From Felis catus (lineage: Eukaryota): a DNA stretch of 64,000 bases. Made by a program: the position numbers and the translations under genes. Positions 23,391-35,417 of the stretch are shown here, in pieces (positions within the stretch are counted from its first letter, which is position 1; every line of letters begins with the position of its first letter). The stretch spans positions 14,324,001 through 14,388,000 of the forward strand of contig NC_058383.1 of the NCBI RefSeq assembly GCF_018350175.1, written 5' to 3'. The notes below the pieces were generated by a model, which made no database searches, was not told the DNA's origin, and saw only the letters and a list, made by a program, of their open reading frames with translations.

Positions 23391-23928
23391 AAATTGAAAA
23401 CAAATAAATGTTAAAACCCAAGGGGAGCACATCTGAATAGTGCCCGGGAGCATCTCGTGATTAGCTGACTCTCTCAGTCAGCTTGCTTAGCAGTTTCGGC
23501 ATCTAGATGTTTCATCATAGATACGGACGAGCATAGTGTTTGAAATGTTTGAAAAGTCGTGATTATTAGTGAAAAGGAACTCGGCATCCGTGAAGTCGGC
23601 CTGGCCAGGGTGTGCTCAACTCTGAAGCTAATGAAACTGATGTCGGGGGACCTCTCCCTGGCTCGGTCCCCCTGACAATGTGTTCATCCCAAAGCCCATG
23701 TGTTTTTGGAAAACGTATGAAAGAGAGATTTTCTTTTCCTGAAAGACGATCTTCCAAATTTTGCAAACTTTAGGTCCTCCAAAACCCAGATTTGTTTCTG
23801 GAACTTAATATCTCCATTTGACCAACGTGAAGCCCTTGTATATAGTTCACGGCCAGGACAGGCAACCAGGTTTTTCCACCTTCCCTTTTTTAACTTTAAA
23901 GGTAATTTTTAAAAAAAATGCCTTATTT

Positions 23929-24129
23929 GGGGCCACCTGGGTGGCTCAGTAGATTAAGCGTCCGACTTCGGCTCAGGTCACGATCTCACGGCTCAGGGGT
24001 TGGAGCCCCGCGTCCAGCCTGCTGCCGTCCACAGAGTCTGCTTCAGATCCTCTGTCCCCCTCTTTCTCTGCCCCTTCCCCCTCTCAAAAATAAATCAAGA
24101 TTTTTTAAAATCTCATAAAAAAAAAAAAG
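23929..24129 (+). mobile_element. Can-SINE
   Basis: Head, body and A-rich tail. Confidence 0.87.
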
Positions 24130-24519
24130 ACACTGCAGAAATGTAGGGCATCGTGACTAATGGCTGCTAAAACCCTGTGTTGAAGACCGTGTTTTCTCCC
24201 TGAGTGATCTTAATGCCCCCAAGCGCAGTGAGCTGCAAGTTTTCATCAGGGGTGGAGAGGAGGCAGGTGCCAGGGGACTCTAGGGGTATGACACCGATCC
24301 AAGGGCTGGGCCCTCTCCTCAGAGAGGCCAGAACCCCATTCACGGAGCCCGGAGTTGCTTTGGGAACATGCTTCCGGCCAGATGACCCACATGAGGGTTG
24401 GAAAAGCAAACTGGCAGCAAAATACAGAAGCAGATCTTCGGTGAGGCTAGGTGTTGACGTTCACACTGAAAACACCTCTCTTTCCCCAACTTCCAAGTTG
24501 ACTCCTGCTTGCACACCGA

Positions 24520-24805
24520 AAGGCCACGTGCTGTGCGATTCCATTTTTATGAAATATCCAGAAGAGGTAGATTCCTAGAGATGGAAAGCAGATTAGTGGG
24601 TGTCAGAAGCTGAAGTGGGGATAGAAAGTGGAGAGGGACAGCTCAGTGGGTGCAGGGTTTACGTTTGGGGTCATGGAAAGTTCTAGAACCTGATAGCGGT
24701 GATGGTTGCACCACACCGTGAATGCGCAGAATGCGACTGAATCGACCACTTCAAAAATAAGCAAAAATGGTCAATCTCATGTGCATGTTACTGTCCTAAA
24801 AACAA
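24520..24805 (+). mobile_element. L1 (L1MB-like) 3' end
   Basis: gattccatttttatgaaatatccagaa...gaaagcagattagtgg...gcggtgatggttgcac. Confidence 0.78.
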
Positions 24806-25544
24806 CGAAAAAGAATCCATCTGCGCTTTCAAGAAGTTTTGGGTTCGTGTGAGAACCGTCTGGGGCGCTGGTCAACCCTACGAATGCCAACTAAATGAGA
24901 AACTCTTCGGGTGTGCCTGGGGACCCGCATGTGCACAAGCTCCCAAGTGATTCCCTGGTAGGGACCCCATTCTAAGGAATGCTGGCTTTGAGGCAGGCGC
25001 TTTTTGGGTTTTTTTGCTCTTAATCGGAACATGCCATATGTGCTGTTTTCTCATCACAGCTGTCGCAACCCATGCATTGCCAGCTAGCGGCATGCCCAAA
25101 GCTCAGCAGCTGCTGGCAGGGAGATGCATTGGTTATAAGTGGCTGTGGTGGTGACAGTGGCACTGACGGTGGCAGATGTAATATTGGTAGAATTGTGGCA
25201 CTCGTAGCGATAGTAAGAGGAGTCATGGGAATGAGGCCAGAGTCCGGGAACACATGAGGTCCTCGTCAAGGGACTGACGTAATTGTGAGGTCGCTCCGCG
25301 CAGGGGTGACCGGCAATGGGGATCCAGTTTTGGAAAGACAAACCCTTGCCGTGTAGACTGAGGTCACCTTCAAGGAGCTCAGTCTTTCAGATGAGGCAAG
25401 AGAAGAAGGTTCAGGTAGGGAGAAAGGCAGAGATGGGCGGTGGCACCCCTGGGATTCTGGGACTTCTGCTCAGTTCGGATGAGTCCTGTTGCACACACAG
25501 GGACGGATTCATGCGGACAGCGTTGCAGAGGTGGTCGTCTCTAA

Positions 25545-25682
25545 GCCAGAGCCGCCCAAAGGGTATTCATCAGGAGGGTGGCAGCAATAGCCCTTGGGCA
25601 CTTGTTAGAAATGCGAGTTCTTGGACCACGCCCCAGACCTACTGGTGATTCTGATGCAGGTCAACACTTGAGAGACGCTCAT
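25545..25682. mobile_element. MER5A-like relic
   Basis: cttgttagaaatgcgagttcttggaccacgccccagacctactggtgattctgatgca. Confidence 0.65.
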
Positions 25683-28659
25683 CTAAGCTTAGACTCATTC
25701 TCCTGTCGCCATTTTCTTGAGAATTAGAACATTCGGTAAGTCTCATCGCCGAGACATAATAACCGAGTGAGGGTTGAGAGGCACAGACGTGGCCGAGCCC
25801 TGGGCCACCTGGCCACCTCCAAGTTTACATCTCTGTGGCACCGAGGTGCTCGGGAACAGGGAGAGATGGTCCGCAAGATCAACGCTTGCTTCCGAGCAGG
25901 GCTTCGACACGGGACAGATGGTTTATTTTCTAATATCCCTGAAAGTGTGGGATCTAGATATAACTCTGTAATAATGTTTCCGCTGTAGTTCTCAGTCTTT
26001 ATAACTTTCTTGTTGCCAATATGTACTCCTTAAGCCTGGATGACAGGTGCTGCTTTTACTGGTAAGAACGAGATTTATCTCTCTTCTGGTCCCTTCTGAT
26101 CACAGGCGGTGTCTGCTTCTTCCCTCTTGACCTCCCCAAATGCTATTTCCTGAAACCTTAAGAAACACAAAGATTCCCAAATGACTCCGGACCAATTTAG
26201 TAGTGGATTTTATAACACTGGAAGGCAAACATTTATTTTCGCAGACATGAGGTTTGGTTTCTTTTCTCCGCGTTTGCTGGTGAGAAAAATCACGTGTAAA
26301 ATGTTTTTCTTCCCGTTAGGATAATATCCAAACCTGGTTTCGTCTGTCAAGGATGATAAAGGATCTTAGGTGGTGGAGATGACATTTTTTAGCACTGTCA
26401 GGTTGGGGTCACCTTAGCATTGTCACCTTCCCCGGTGAGCCTGGGGCCTCGATTTTACTTGGGCTGACTTGTGGGCTCTCTCGCTTGAAGGCGATTTCCG
26501 AATCTCAACACCCCAATGCCTCAGACGGTTAAAACTGTGTTCCTCCGGGATTAGTCTTTCTGGAACTCTCCTGAGCTCTCCTACTCATCCACTTCTCTGG
26601 ATGCGAACCTATCCCTGCAGGGCACAGCTGTTTCCAGAAGGAAATTCCTTTTCCTCTCTGGTCCCGTCAGGAGCCTACTGTTTGTCTAGATCTCTGGGCC
26701 ATTCTCAGCTCTCATTTTCTCGAGTGCATTTGACTTTCGTGACATTGGATGTTGGGTTACTCTTTGAGGATAAGAACTGTGTCATCCTCAGCCACGCAGG
26801 TACCCTGTATGTATTTGTGGAATGGGTACACGTGTCTTCCTTTTTGGAAACTCCACCCTTGACGGGATTCCGCCCCCGTGACGCTGTTCGAGCCAGCCTC
26901 GCTCCTTAGCTCTCTTTCCTGCCTCCTTAATGGGCATGTGTCCCAGCGTACTGTTCCAAGTCCTCGTTCCATCTCCTGGCATCTGCAGTCTCTCCTATGG
27001 CATCATATCTCACCACTGCGTCCCCTACACTCTGTGCCTTTCTTGTCACCTCTGGGTCACTTGTTTGGTTCAACAGTCTACCCGAATGTCTGCCGGCACC
27101 TCAGCCTGTCCCCAAGGCTGTTCTACTTTTCTTCTTTACCTCTTTTTTAATTACTGACATCTTCCCCGTCCCCCAGACACTAGTGATTCCGCGGTACCTA
27201 AGGAGACCGCTTCTACGCTTCCGTATTTCACTGCGTGTTTACGTATCCTGGGGTAGTTAGAACACATGTCCAAACCTTCCGCTTAACTCGAACACTACCT
27301 TCTTCATGGGCACCCCCAACCAAAATACCGTCTCCCTCTTCGTAGCACTTCCTTCTGTGGCTATTTGTCTCGGGCCATCAACTCCATTTTTCTTGTCACA
27401 CTGAATGCCGTCAGTTTTGGAACATCTCGCACGTGCTTAGCTAGATCGTAAGCGCCTGGGGGAAGCAGATTGTGTCTGAAGTGATTTTTAAACACAAGCG
27501 AGGGCACGAGCCACTACCTTCTGAAGTACAGAGCCACGTACAGGGACTGGGAAAAGAAGCCTGACCAGTGCCACTTGTTCCCAGATCCTGCTATGATCCC
27601 CCAAAAGCCCATAGACCGACACTTCTGTTGCGTTTAGAACAATGTGTCCCCAAACCTTGTAAGTGAGGGTGCTGTCTACCCCTACGTAGGCGACCCTCAG
27701 ACTTCAAAATGACATGGAATAGCTAGAAAGAGAAGCTGTCAGTCATGGGAAGTTATAAAATTGACCTCTATCGGTAATATTAATAGACCGATTATTGTTA
27801 GAAGTGACTTTTATTGAATGCTTACTACTAAGGATTAGTGTGTTCATGTAGCATCTCATTTAACAGCCCTAGGGCCGGTACCAAGGCATTATCCCTCTAT
27901 ACTTTTCAAAGCCTTTTAATGCCTGTATCTCAGGAGCCTTGAGGTGTAGAAGCCAGTGGTCGTGAGTGACACTGTCCTGTCACTCTCTCCACCCTGGAGT
28001 CGTAGTCACAACCACTGAGCAAATGAGGAAACCCCTCGGCATTTGGACACAGTGACTGGCACGTATGGGAGCTGACACCCAGTTCCCAGGCAGAGCCACA
28101 GTGAGGTCCCAGGCAGCCAAAGGGTAACCGTGCCTGCGGGTCTCCTGGCGGGTGCTTAACACGCAGCGCTCAGAGCATCCTCCCTGCACTTACGGAGATT
28201 CCCAGAATTCCTTCCACCGTGGGCCAATCCAAGCGAACGGGCCAGTCTCCCATTATACCTTTCTGTAGGCGCGGTGCCCACGCAGGACCCAGTGCCCTCC
28301 GTGGCACATCCCTCCATCCCCTGCCCACCCACCCGGTACTCGCGAGGAGGACTGAAAAACCAAGCAGGCATGGCCTGCCCAACTTTCTTGCTAGAATTCT
28401 TGTTCCGAGAAATGTAATTAACAGACAGGACGATCCAGCCAACATTCAGTCAATAGATGGTTTCTAGAAGCCGAGGACTCTTTGGGCACCCCAGTCCCAT
28501 GTATATGGTCATCTTCTCTCACTTACCGTGAGTGAAGAGGCAGAGGGTCCCCACAGCCCGGCTTCTCCACCAGCTCCCTCCCCAACCCTGGGGTGACAGC
28601 ACGGATATTAGCAATACTGGTGAGACCAGTTGCTGAAGACGTCAACGCTAAGTAACTTG

Positions 28660-28868
28660 TTTTTTAAGTTTATCTATTGAGAGACAGAGAGAGGGGGGAG
28701 AGAGCACGGGTGGAGGAGGGGCAGGGAGAGAGTGAGAGGAGTCCCAAGCAGGCTCTGCGCTGTGAACACAGAGCCTGACGTGGGGCTTGAGCCCATGAAC
28801 GAGGAGATCGTGACCTGAGCCCGGACCAAGAGTCAGACGCTTAACCGACTGTGCCACCCAGGTGCCCC
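28660..28868 (-). mobile_element. Can-SINE
   Basis: Reverse-complement body ending ccacccaggtgcccc. Confidence 0.9.
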
Positions 28869-28940
28869 AACAATAAATAACTTCTTGAGGGTGTGTGATG
28901 TGCCAAGCGTGCACCAAGGAAGCCCTGTGCATTTTGAGCT

Positions 28941-29395
28941 TGGCGGTTCTCAAAGTGGTTCCCCATAGCACAGCATGGGCACCCCCCCCCGGGGTCTTGT
29001 TAGAATCACAGATTCTCATGGTGCGCCCGGGGGGGCCCCGTTGATCAAGCATACGATTCTTGCTTTCGGCTCGGCTCGTGATCTCAGGGCCCCGGAGATC
29101 AAGCCCTGCTCCAGGCTCTGCGCTGACAATACGGAGCCCGCGTGGGATTCTCTCTCTCTCCCTCTCTCTCTGCTCCTCCCTCACTTGCATGCATGTGTGT
29201 GCACATGGGCACATATTCTCTCTCTCAAAGATAAATAAATAAATAAATAAATATTAAAAAAAGAAGAAGAAGAAAAGAAACTCAAACACTCAGGCCCCAC
29301 CCCTGACCTTCTGAAAATGAAACTGTGGGGGAGGGGCTCAGCAATCCGTTTCAGCCCCTCCAGCTGATCCCTCCGCTTTGAGAGCCATCGTTCTA
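28941..29395. mobile_element. MER5A-like element split by a Can-SINE
   Basis: Left half gcggttctcaaagtgg...cttgttagaatcacagattctc; right half caggccccacccctgacc...tttgagagcca. Confidence 0.7.
29020..29279 (+). mobile_element. Can-SINE nested in MER5A
   Basis: Diverged head, CT region, (TAAA)n tail. Confidence 0.85.
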
Positions 29396-29587
29396 GTGTA
29401 GAGGCCCTTTTCCATCTTGGCTGCAGCTTCCTCAGGCCCCCTGGGTGGCTCTGAAACCTCTCCATGTGCCCTCCACCATGTGGATGGAAAGAGGGAACAT
29501 TCTTACCAACGCTGGCTACCTACTCAGGGTTGAGCAGATAATTACGCTATGCCAGCGATCATTCTAGGCATTCAGTCTCTCTCTCTC

Positions 29588-29790
29588 TTTTTTTGTTTCA
29601 AAGAAAGAGAGATGAGAGGGCACGCTCATGGGCAGGGGAGGGGCAGAGGGAGAGGGAGAGAGGGTCTCAAGCAGGCTCCACGGTGTCCGTGCAGATCCCG
29701 ACACAGAGCCCGATCTAACAACCGCAGGATCATGACCTGAGCCGAAATCAAGAGTCAGACGCTCAAGCAGTGAGGCCATCGGGCGCCCCG
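29588..29790 (-). mobile_element. Can-SINE
   Basis: gatcatgacctgagccgaaatcaagagtcagacgctc reverse-complement body. Confidence 0.87.
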
Positions 29791-29814
29791 GCGTTCTGTC
29801 TACATTGACTGGTT

Positions 29815-29975
29815 CACTCCTTATCACCACCGTATGAGGTTCTTACTCTGATTATCATCGCCTTGTGCAGATGAGGAAATTGAGGCATGCGCGGATCGGG
29901 TGAATCACCCAGGTGCACTCAGGTGATAAATGGCAGCGCTAGGCTCTGAACCCCCGACGGTCTGACTCCAGTGTA
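29815..29975 (-). mobile_element. MIR SINE
   Basis: gcagatgaggaaattgaggc...ggtctgactccag. Confidence 0.7.
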
Positions 29976-30066
29976 AATACCCAAGTGCACGTTATGTCTC
30001 CTTAGAGGTTTCTGCCCCTTCCCCACTCAGGTTCCAATTTCCCTCCTTTCCAAACTAATACTCCCC

Positions 30067-30568
30067 TGTATCAGTTTTCTTGGGCTGCCATGACAAGGGA
30101 CCACAGACTGGGGGGCTTAACCAACAGAAATTTACTTTCTCACATTTCTGGAGGCGGCGAGTCCAAGATCAAGGTGTGGGCAGGGCTGCTGTCTCCTGAG
30201 GCCTCTCCCCTTGGCTTTCAGATGGCCACCTTCCTGCTGTGTCCTCTGCGTGCATGGCCCCTGGTGGCTCCAAATCTCTTCTTACAGGAACACTGGTCAG
30301 ATTGAACCCCTCATTAAATTCCTTTAAGCAGGTCTGCCCTGTTAGCACAGAGCCTAAGGGGCTCGATCTCACGAACCATGAGATCATGACCTGAGCTGAA
30401 ATCGAGAGTCAGACGCTTAACTGACTGAGCCATGCAGGTGCCCCCAACCTCACTTAAAATTAATCAGCTCCTTAAAGTCCCTATCTGCAAGTATGATGAT
30501 ATTCCGAAGAAGTGGGGGTTGGGGCTTTGACAGATGAATTTGGGGGGTACACAGTTCAGCCCGTATCG
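30067..30568 (-). mobile_element. MaLR solo LTR (MLT1A/B-like) with nested Can-SINE fragment at 30327-30445
   Basis: tgtatcagttttcttgggctgccatgacaag...aacagaaatttactttctcaca...gagtccaagatcaaggtg; far end gatgaatttggggggtacacagttcagccc. Confidence 0.8.
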
Positions 30569-31011
30569 TTCCTGTGTCTCCACCATCCGTGCATTTGGCT
30601 GACAGGACCCATTCCGTGTCTCTGTGCCTTGGGGACTCTCTGGTTCCCATCCGTCTGCACACCCCGTGCTCTATGTTTCCTTCTGGGTCACATGACTGCA
30701 TCCTTCCCGGGGAACAACAGCCGTGACCTAGAGAGCTCAGCCTCCACCTGTGCTCAAAAGTATGGCTCTAAGCTCCCCAAGGTGGTGTGTGTAATTAGGA
30801 AGAGAGACGTCTGTATGACGTCTATCAACACAACCTTTTGGGGTTTCTCTGGAGTGAAGTCAGGGGTAACTGTATCTCTTAAGGTATTGTTTGCGGACTG
30901 TTTGCATCAGAATCATCTGGACTGCTAGCGACCTCCAGCATGAGTCTCTCCAAGAGGGGGGTCCTTGCAGTGTGCCTGTCGCTGAATCCCCTGCCAGGCA
31001 GCCCCTCCCCC

Positions 31012-31012
<1 letters not shown>

Positions 31013-31045
<33 letters not shown>
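31013..31045 (+). repeat. C33 homopolymer
   Basis: Read directly from the sequence. Confidence 0.9.
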
Positions 31046-31109
31046 ACCTGGTGACTCTCTGCACAGAGAGGCGTCAACCGCCCCGTCTGCGATGTCAGGC
31101 AACCTTTGG

Positions 31110-31320
31110 CTGTGTCTCAGCTCCTCCCGTTTCGAGGTGTGTGACCTTGGGACAAGTTAGCCACCCTAATTGTGTTTCTTAATTGGCAAGGTGGAATTAA
31201 TGGAACTAATCTAGCTACCTCCTAGGTTGGGGTAAGGATTAATTTAGATCATATAAAGAAAGCACTCTCCACCACCTGCTTGTTGCAGAAGAGAAAGCGT
31301 TCAGTTTCTGGTAGCATTAC
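31110..31320 (+). mobile_element. MIR SINE
   Basis: gtgtgaccttgggacaagtta...ctacctcctaggttggggtaaggattaa. Confidence 0.65.
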
Positions 31321-31852
31321 TCCTGCTGCCATGGCACTACCAGGAAAAGATTGCTTTGTTATCCTAAGACCAAAGTAACAACCTTGTTAACTTTGCGTCT
31401 GATGGGCGACTGTGGGTTTGGACCACCCAGGCCATGTCCTATAAGAGCCAGTGTGTGTGCGCAAACGGGAAAACCCATACAGAAGTTGATAAACAGGACC
31501 CAGGGGACAGTAGGAGGGCAGGAATGCTGGCCTCCAAAGGAGGAAAGACCACCGAGAAAACAAGCCTCGAGAGACATCTGGTGGCCTGCGGCAGTCAGGA
31601 TGTAACAGCCAGGCGCGGATTCTGTCCAGCTGTCTACCTTGGATGCTGGGAGGACGTTGCCGTCCCGGGTCAGGGTGTCGGCAATGTCTTCTGACTCTCA
31701 GGCTGCCTGAGTTGTCTTTTCTGCTAAGATCACCAGCGTGCCAACTCTTCCGCGTCTCCAGCCTTCCTGGAGATCTTGTTGGCATCACGGCGGGTTGGAC
31801 ACACGTTTGAAGTGACACGGTTATGGACCTTCTTGCATTTTGTCATTTGTAG

Positions 31853-32027
31853 AGGAGCTGAAGGCCCCGCTGGAAGAGTACGTCCAGAAGCGCTACCCTG
31901 GGCTGGTGAAGGTGGTACGCAACCAAAAAAGAGAGGGCCTGATCCGAGCTCGCATCGAGGGCTGGAAGGCGGCCACTGGCCAGGTCACTGGCTTCTTCGA
32001 TGCCCACGTGGAATTCACAGCTGGCTG
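31853..32027 (+). CDS. GALNT17: GALNT17 internal coding exon (probably exon 4, 175 nt) with the DxH metal-binding motif
   Basis: Acceptor ttttgtcatttgtAG at 31851-31852; donor TG|GTAGGT at 32028. Joins the previous exon in frame (G|AG = Glu). Encodes EELKAPLEEYVQKRYPGLVKVVRNQKREGLIRARIEGWKAATGQVTGFFDAHVEFTAG; REGLIRAR motif, DAH at 31999-32007. Confidence 0.95.
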
Positions 32028-32287
32028 GTAGGTCACAAGCTGGACCCTGGGGGCACCCGGCACCTGCAGTAGGGTGGTCGGGAGGAGCTAGAATCTGGGA
32101 GGTGGAAACGTTGCCTGTTCCTTCTGGGGCTAGTAGAACAGTGGAGAAAGGTTGGTTGACAAAGAAGGTGAGAGCCATACTGTGGGATAAAACTGGGAAG
32201 CAGGGAGAAGTTTGCTGTCTACCCGGTTCTCTGTTGTTGTGGCCTCCACCAACCACCACCACCATCGTCATCAAAATACCCGGTGAA

Positions 32288-32507
32288 GGGGCGCCTGGGT
32301 GGCTCAGTCGGTTGGGCGGCCGACTTCGGCTCAGGTCATGATCTCGCGGTCCGTGAGTTTGAGCCCCGCGTCAGGCTGTGTGCTGACAGCTCAGAGCCTG
32401 GAGCCTGTTTCGGATTCTGTGTCTCCCTCTCTCTCTGCCCCTCCCTGTTCATGCTCTGTCTCTCTCTGCCTCAAAAAAATAAATAAACGTTAAAAAAAAT
32501 TAAAAAA
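32288..32507 (+). mobile_element. Young Can-SINE (SINEC_Fc-like)
   Basis: CpG-rich body; perfect 15-bp TSD aaaatacccggtgaa at 32273-32287 and 32508-32522. Confidence 0.95.
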
Positions 32508-33407
32508 AAAATACCCGGTGAAAATGACACACTGATTGGACAGAACTCGAGATGATCCTTGCCAAGGGGACGAGACAGCCATGTCTCTTCTCTTCTCCCA
32601 CTTTGTTTGTTCCCTTTTCTGAGGAGGTTGGTTGAGTGCTATTTGGAGGGAAGAGATCCATTTATAATTCCACCTACTCGGGTTTAAAGCCTCCTGGAAC
32701 ATAAGGGATTATCTTTAACATCATTTGGAGGAAGGGAAGGGTGGATCTCTGCAAATGTGGCCCCGATGGTTTCCCAGGTGAAAAGAACAATCTGGGAGAA
32801 ACTGGGGGCCACCCAGAGAGGAGAAGACTGAGGACTGCAAGAATCGTGAAGCATCAGAACGCCCAAACCTTCAGTGGGCATGCTTACGGCTGAAAAGCAC
32901 GGTCATGTGGCTGTGGCTGACTGCCCAATGGGAAACCGAGTCAGAGGTGAAATAACCTGGGTTCAGTTTGCTTACTTCCTAAGAAGCAGAGTCTTTAATT
33001 TCACAAACCCTGCTTGTAACCTGTGTTAACTCAGTGGCACCATCTTGAATATGATCTTGAACTTGATCTTGATCTTGAACTTGAATACCGTTCCTGGTAC
33101 CAGATCGGAAGAGCCAGTGCCCCGTTGCCCATTAAACATTACAAAATCTGTTCTTCTTCATTTGCAACACATCTTAGAATCCCTTAAGGGCCGGACCAAA
33201 GGAGAATGGCTATCACTTGGGCACGTGACGATCTGCACCCTGGGGTCACAGGTAACACAGGCCTGTTCAAGCGCACATGGCTGTCCATTGCCGTCTCAGA
33301 CACCAGTGTCCTGCCTGATTTTTCTGCCACCGTTAGACCCTGGTGACACACAACTGTAGGTTTGCAGCCCTGATCTCCTCTAAGCTTCAGGGTTGTTTAT
33401 CTCTTAG

Positions 33408-33590
33408 AGTGATGGTTGTCAGAGTGTGGTTCCCCGGACCAGCAGTGCCATCGGGAACTTGCTGGAGAGGCAGAGTTGGGGGCTCCCCTCAGACCTGTGA
33501 AATCAGAAGCTCTGTGTGGGTCCAGCACTCTGTTTTAGCCAGTGCTCCGGGGACCTCTGAGGCTCGCTCAGGTTTGAGAAGCGTTGAGCT
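33408..33590. mobile_element. MER5A-like relic
   Basis: gtgtggttccccggaccagcag...cagacctgtgaaatcagaagctctg...ggtttgagaagc. Confidence 0.7.
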
Positions 33591-33929
33591 GGAAGCCTTC
33601 TGAACAGAGGCCCTCGAATGTTCCATGAGGAACTTCTTGCCTTTATTTGCCGCATCCTTGCCTCCCCGTTTCTTTTCTGTCAAAACTGGCGACTCTTCCC
33701 GCGTCCCTTTCATTGGCTCCTTCCGTCCCCATCACGTTACCCACCCGGTCAACCTCCAGCTCTGGCTGCTCTTCCCTTCTGTTTCGCCCATCTGCCCTTC
33801 TCCCTTGGCTTTGACCTCCGCTCGCCCATCCTCCATCTTCATCACCATGCCCCTCAACGAATAGCGGGCTGCCGGAATCCTCCTTTCCTGGATGCCTACC
33901 ACTGTCCCAAACACTGTCCTAGGCTGGGG

Positions 33930-34042
33930 TTGGAGTCACCAGCTGTTCGGACTGGCCTAGTGCTGAGGGATTTCCCAAAACGCAGGACTTCTAGTGGTAA
34001 AACCAGAACAGTCCCAGGCAAACTGGGACAGTTGGTCACTCG
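33930..34042. mobile_element. MER81-like hAT MITE
   Basis: aaaaccagaacagtcccaggcaaactgggacagttggtcact terminal motif. Confidence 0.6.
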
Positions 34043-34238
34043 GCTGGGGTTCAGAATCTGACAAGATTCGGTATCTGCCCTCGGGTAGTCTGTAGTCTAA
34101 CTGGTCTCTTTGAGAGAGAGGCTGTGGTCCTTCACACTCAGCTTCCACACGTCCTCTGCATTCTGAGACCCAAGGAGGTCTTTGCTGTGACTTTAGGTAC
34201 CTTGCTAAAGTCAACGGGATTGGTAATAGCGACTTTTA

Positions 34239-34469
34239 TTTATTCAGGAAAAAAAAAATGTTTTTTTAATGTTTATTCATTTTTGAAAGACAGAGACAGA
34301 GCACAAGCAGGGATGGGGGTGGAGAGAGAGGGGGACACAGAATCTGAAGCAGGCTCCAGGCTCCGAGCTGTCAGCACAGAGCCCGACGCGGGGCTCGAAC
34401 TCACCAACGGTGAGATCGTGACCCGAGCTGAAGTCAGACGCTTAACTGACTGAGCCACCCACACGCCCC
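34239..34469 (-). mobile_element. Can-SINE (SINEC_Fc-like)
   Basis: TSD gtaatagc(g/a)actttta at 34223 and 34471. Confidence 0.93.
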
Positions 34470-35014
34470 TGTAATAGCAACTTTTAAAACTGGCATCAGT
34501 TTTAGAATGTTTGCTGAAACGTAGTTCAGAAAAGAATGGACGTTTGGGTTCAGTGGCTTATAATTTCTAACTCTAAAATGGCTTAATTCTGTACGGATTA
34601 CACACATGGCCATTTACGCAAAGTCCTTCCAAGACTAAGTACTTTTTGTTGAAGAAATTGGACTTTGTTCTCCCTTCTTGGAGGGCAACACTGATATTGA
34701 AGTTTTTAGAGCCTGTCACCTCATATACATAAAATGGAAATATGACTATAGGAGACAACGTAGGAAATGAGTAATCGTGTATTTTATTTTATACGCCAGT
34801 CTGCTTTATGTGAAAATATTAGAGGTTTGAATCAGGACTTGTGGAAACTTAGAGCACTTAAGCTGTTCACCGTAAGGGGTAAACTAGGAATTGCTCAGGG
34901 GAGTGGTTGGACTACTTAAGTCTGCATTTGTTACTGGGCTAATAAACACCGTTCAGACAGCCACCTAAGGAAAACCGAAATTTTGAAAAATAAGACCTGC
35001 AGATTAACAGTTGG

Positions 35015-35152
35015 TCGGAACGAGCGCTGGGCGTCGTGTGCGCTGGGCGTCGTGTGTAACAGATGGGCCACGGGGAATCTACCCCCAAAACCAAGGGTGC
35101 ACCGCACACACTGTCTGTTAGCCAGTTTGCCAATAAATCACATTAAAAAGAT
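35015..35152 (+). mobile_element. Very short 5'-truncated carnivore/felid L1 3' tip
   Basis: gggaatctacccccaaaaccaag...caataaa and A-rich end; 28-bp degenerate flanking direct repeat. Confidence 0.78.
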
Positions 35153-35264
35153 AAAATAAAGTCTGCAGATTAGCAATTGGATCGTTGCTAAAGCGAGGCT
35201 GTTTTTGTTGATGGCTTTGAGGTAGCTCGGGTGGCACCCTAGATATGCTACAGTTCCCCCTGGG

Positions 35265-35388
35265 TTTTTTTTTCTTTTCTAATATTTATCTATTTATTTT
35301 TAAGATACAATGTATTGTCAAGTTAGCTAACCTACAGGGCACACTGTGGGCTCTTGGTTTTGGGGGTAGATTCCCGGGATTCATCGCT
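35265..35388 (-). mobile_element. Very short 5'-truncated carnivore/felid L1 3' tip
   Basis: T-rich tail followed by the reverse complement of the same L1 end (cttggttttgggggtagattccc). Confidence 0.78.
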
Positions 35389-35417
35389 CGCTCCCTGTTT
35401 TTAAAATACAGGAAATT

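Noticed and set aside
31999..32007. Possible pseudogenisation of GALNT17
   Set aside because: Frames, splice sites and the DAH motif are intact; only a few residues differ from the human sequence as I recall it.
33044..33087. Degenerate (TTGATC/TTGAAC) hexamer run
   Set aside because: Ordinary short slippage repeat.
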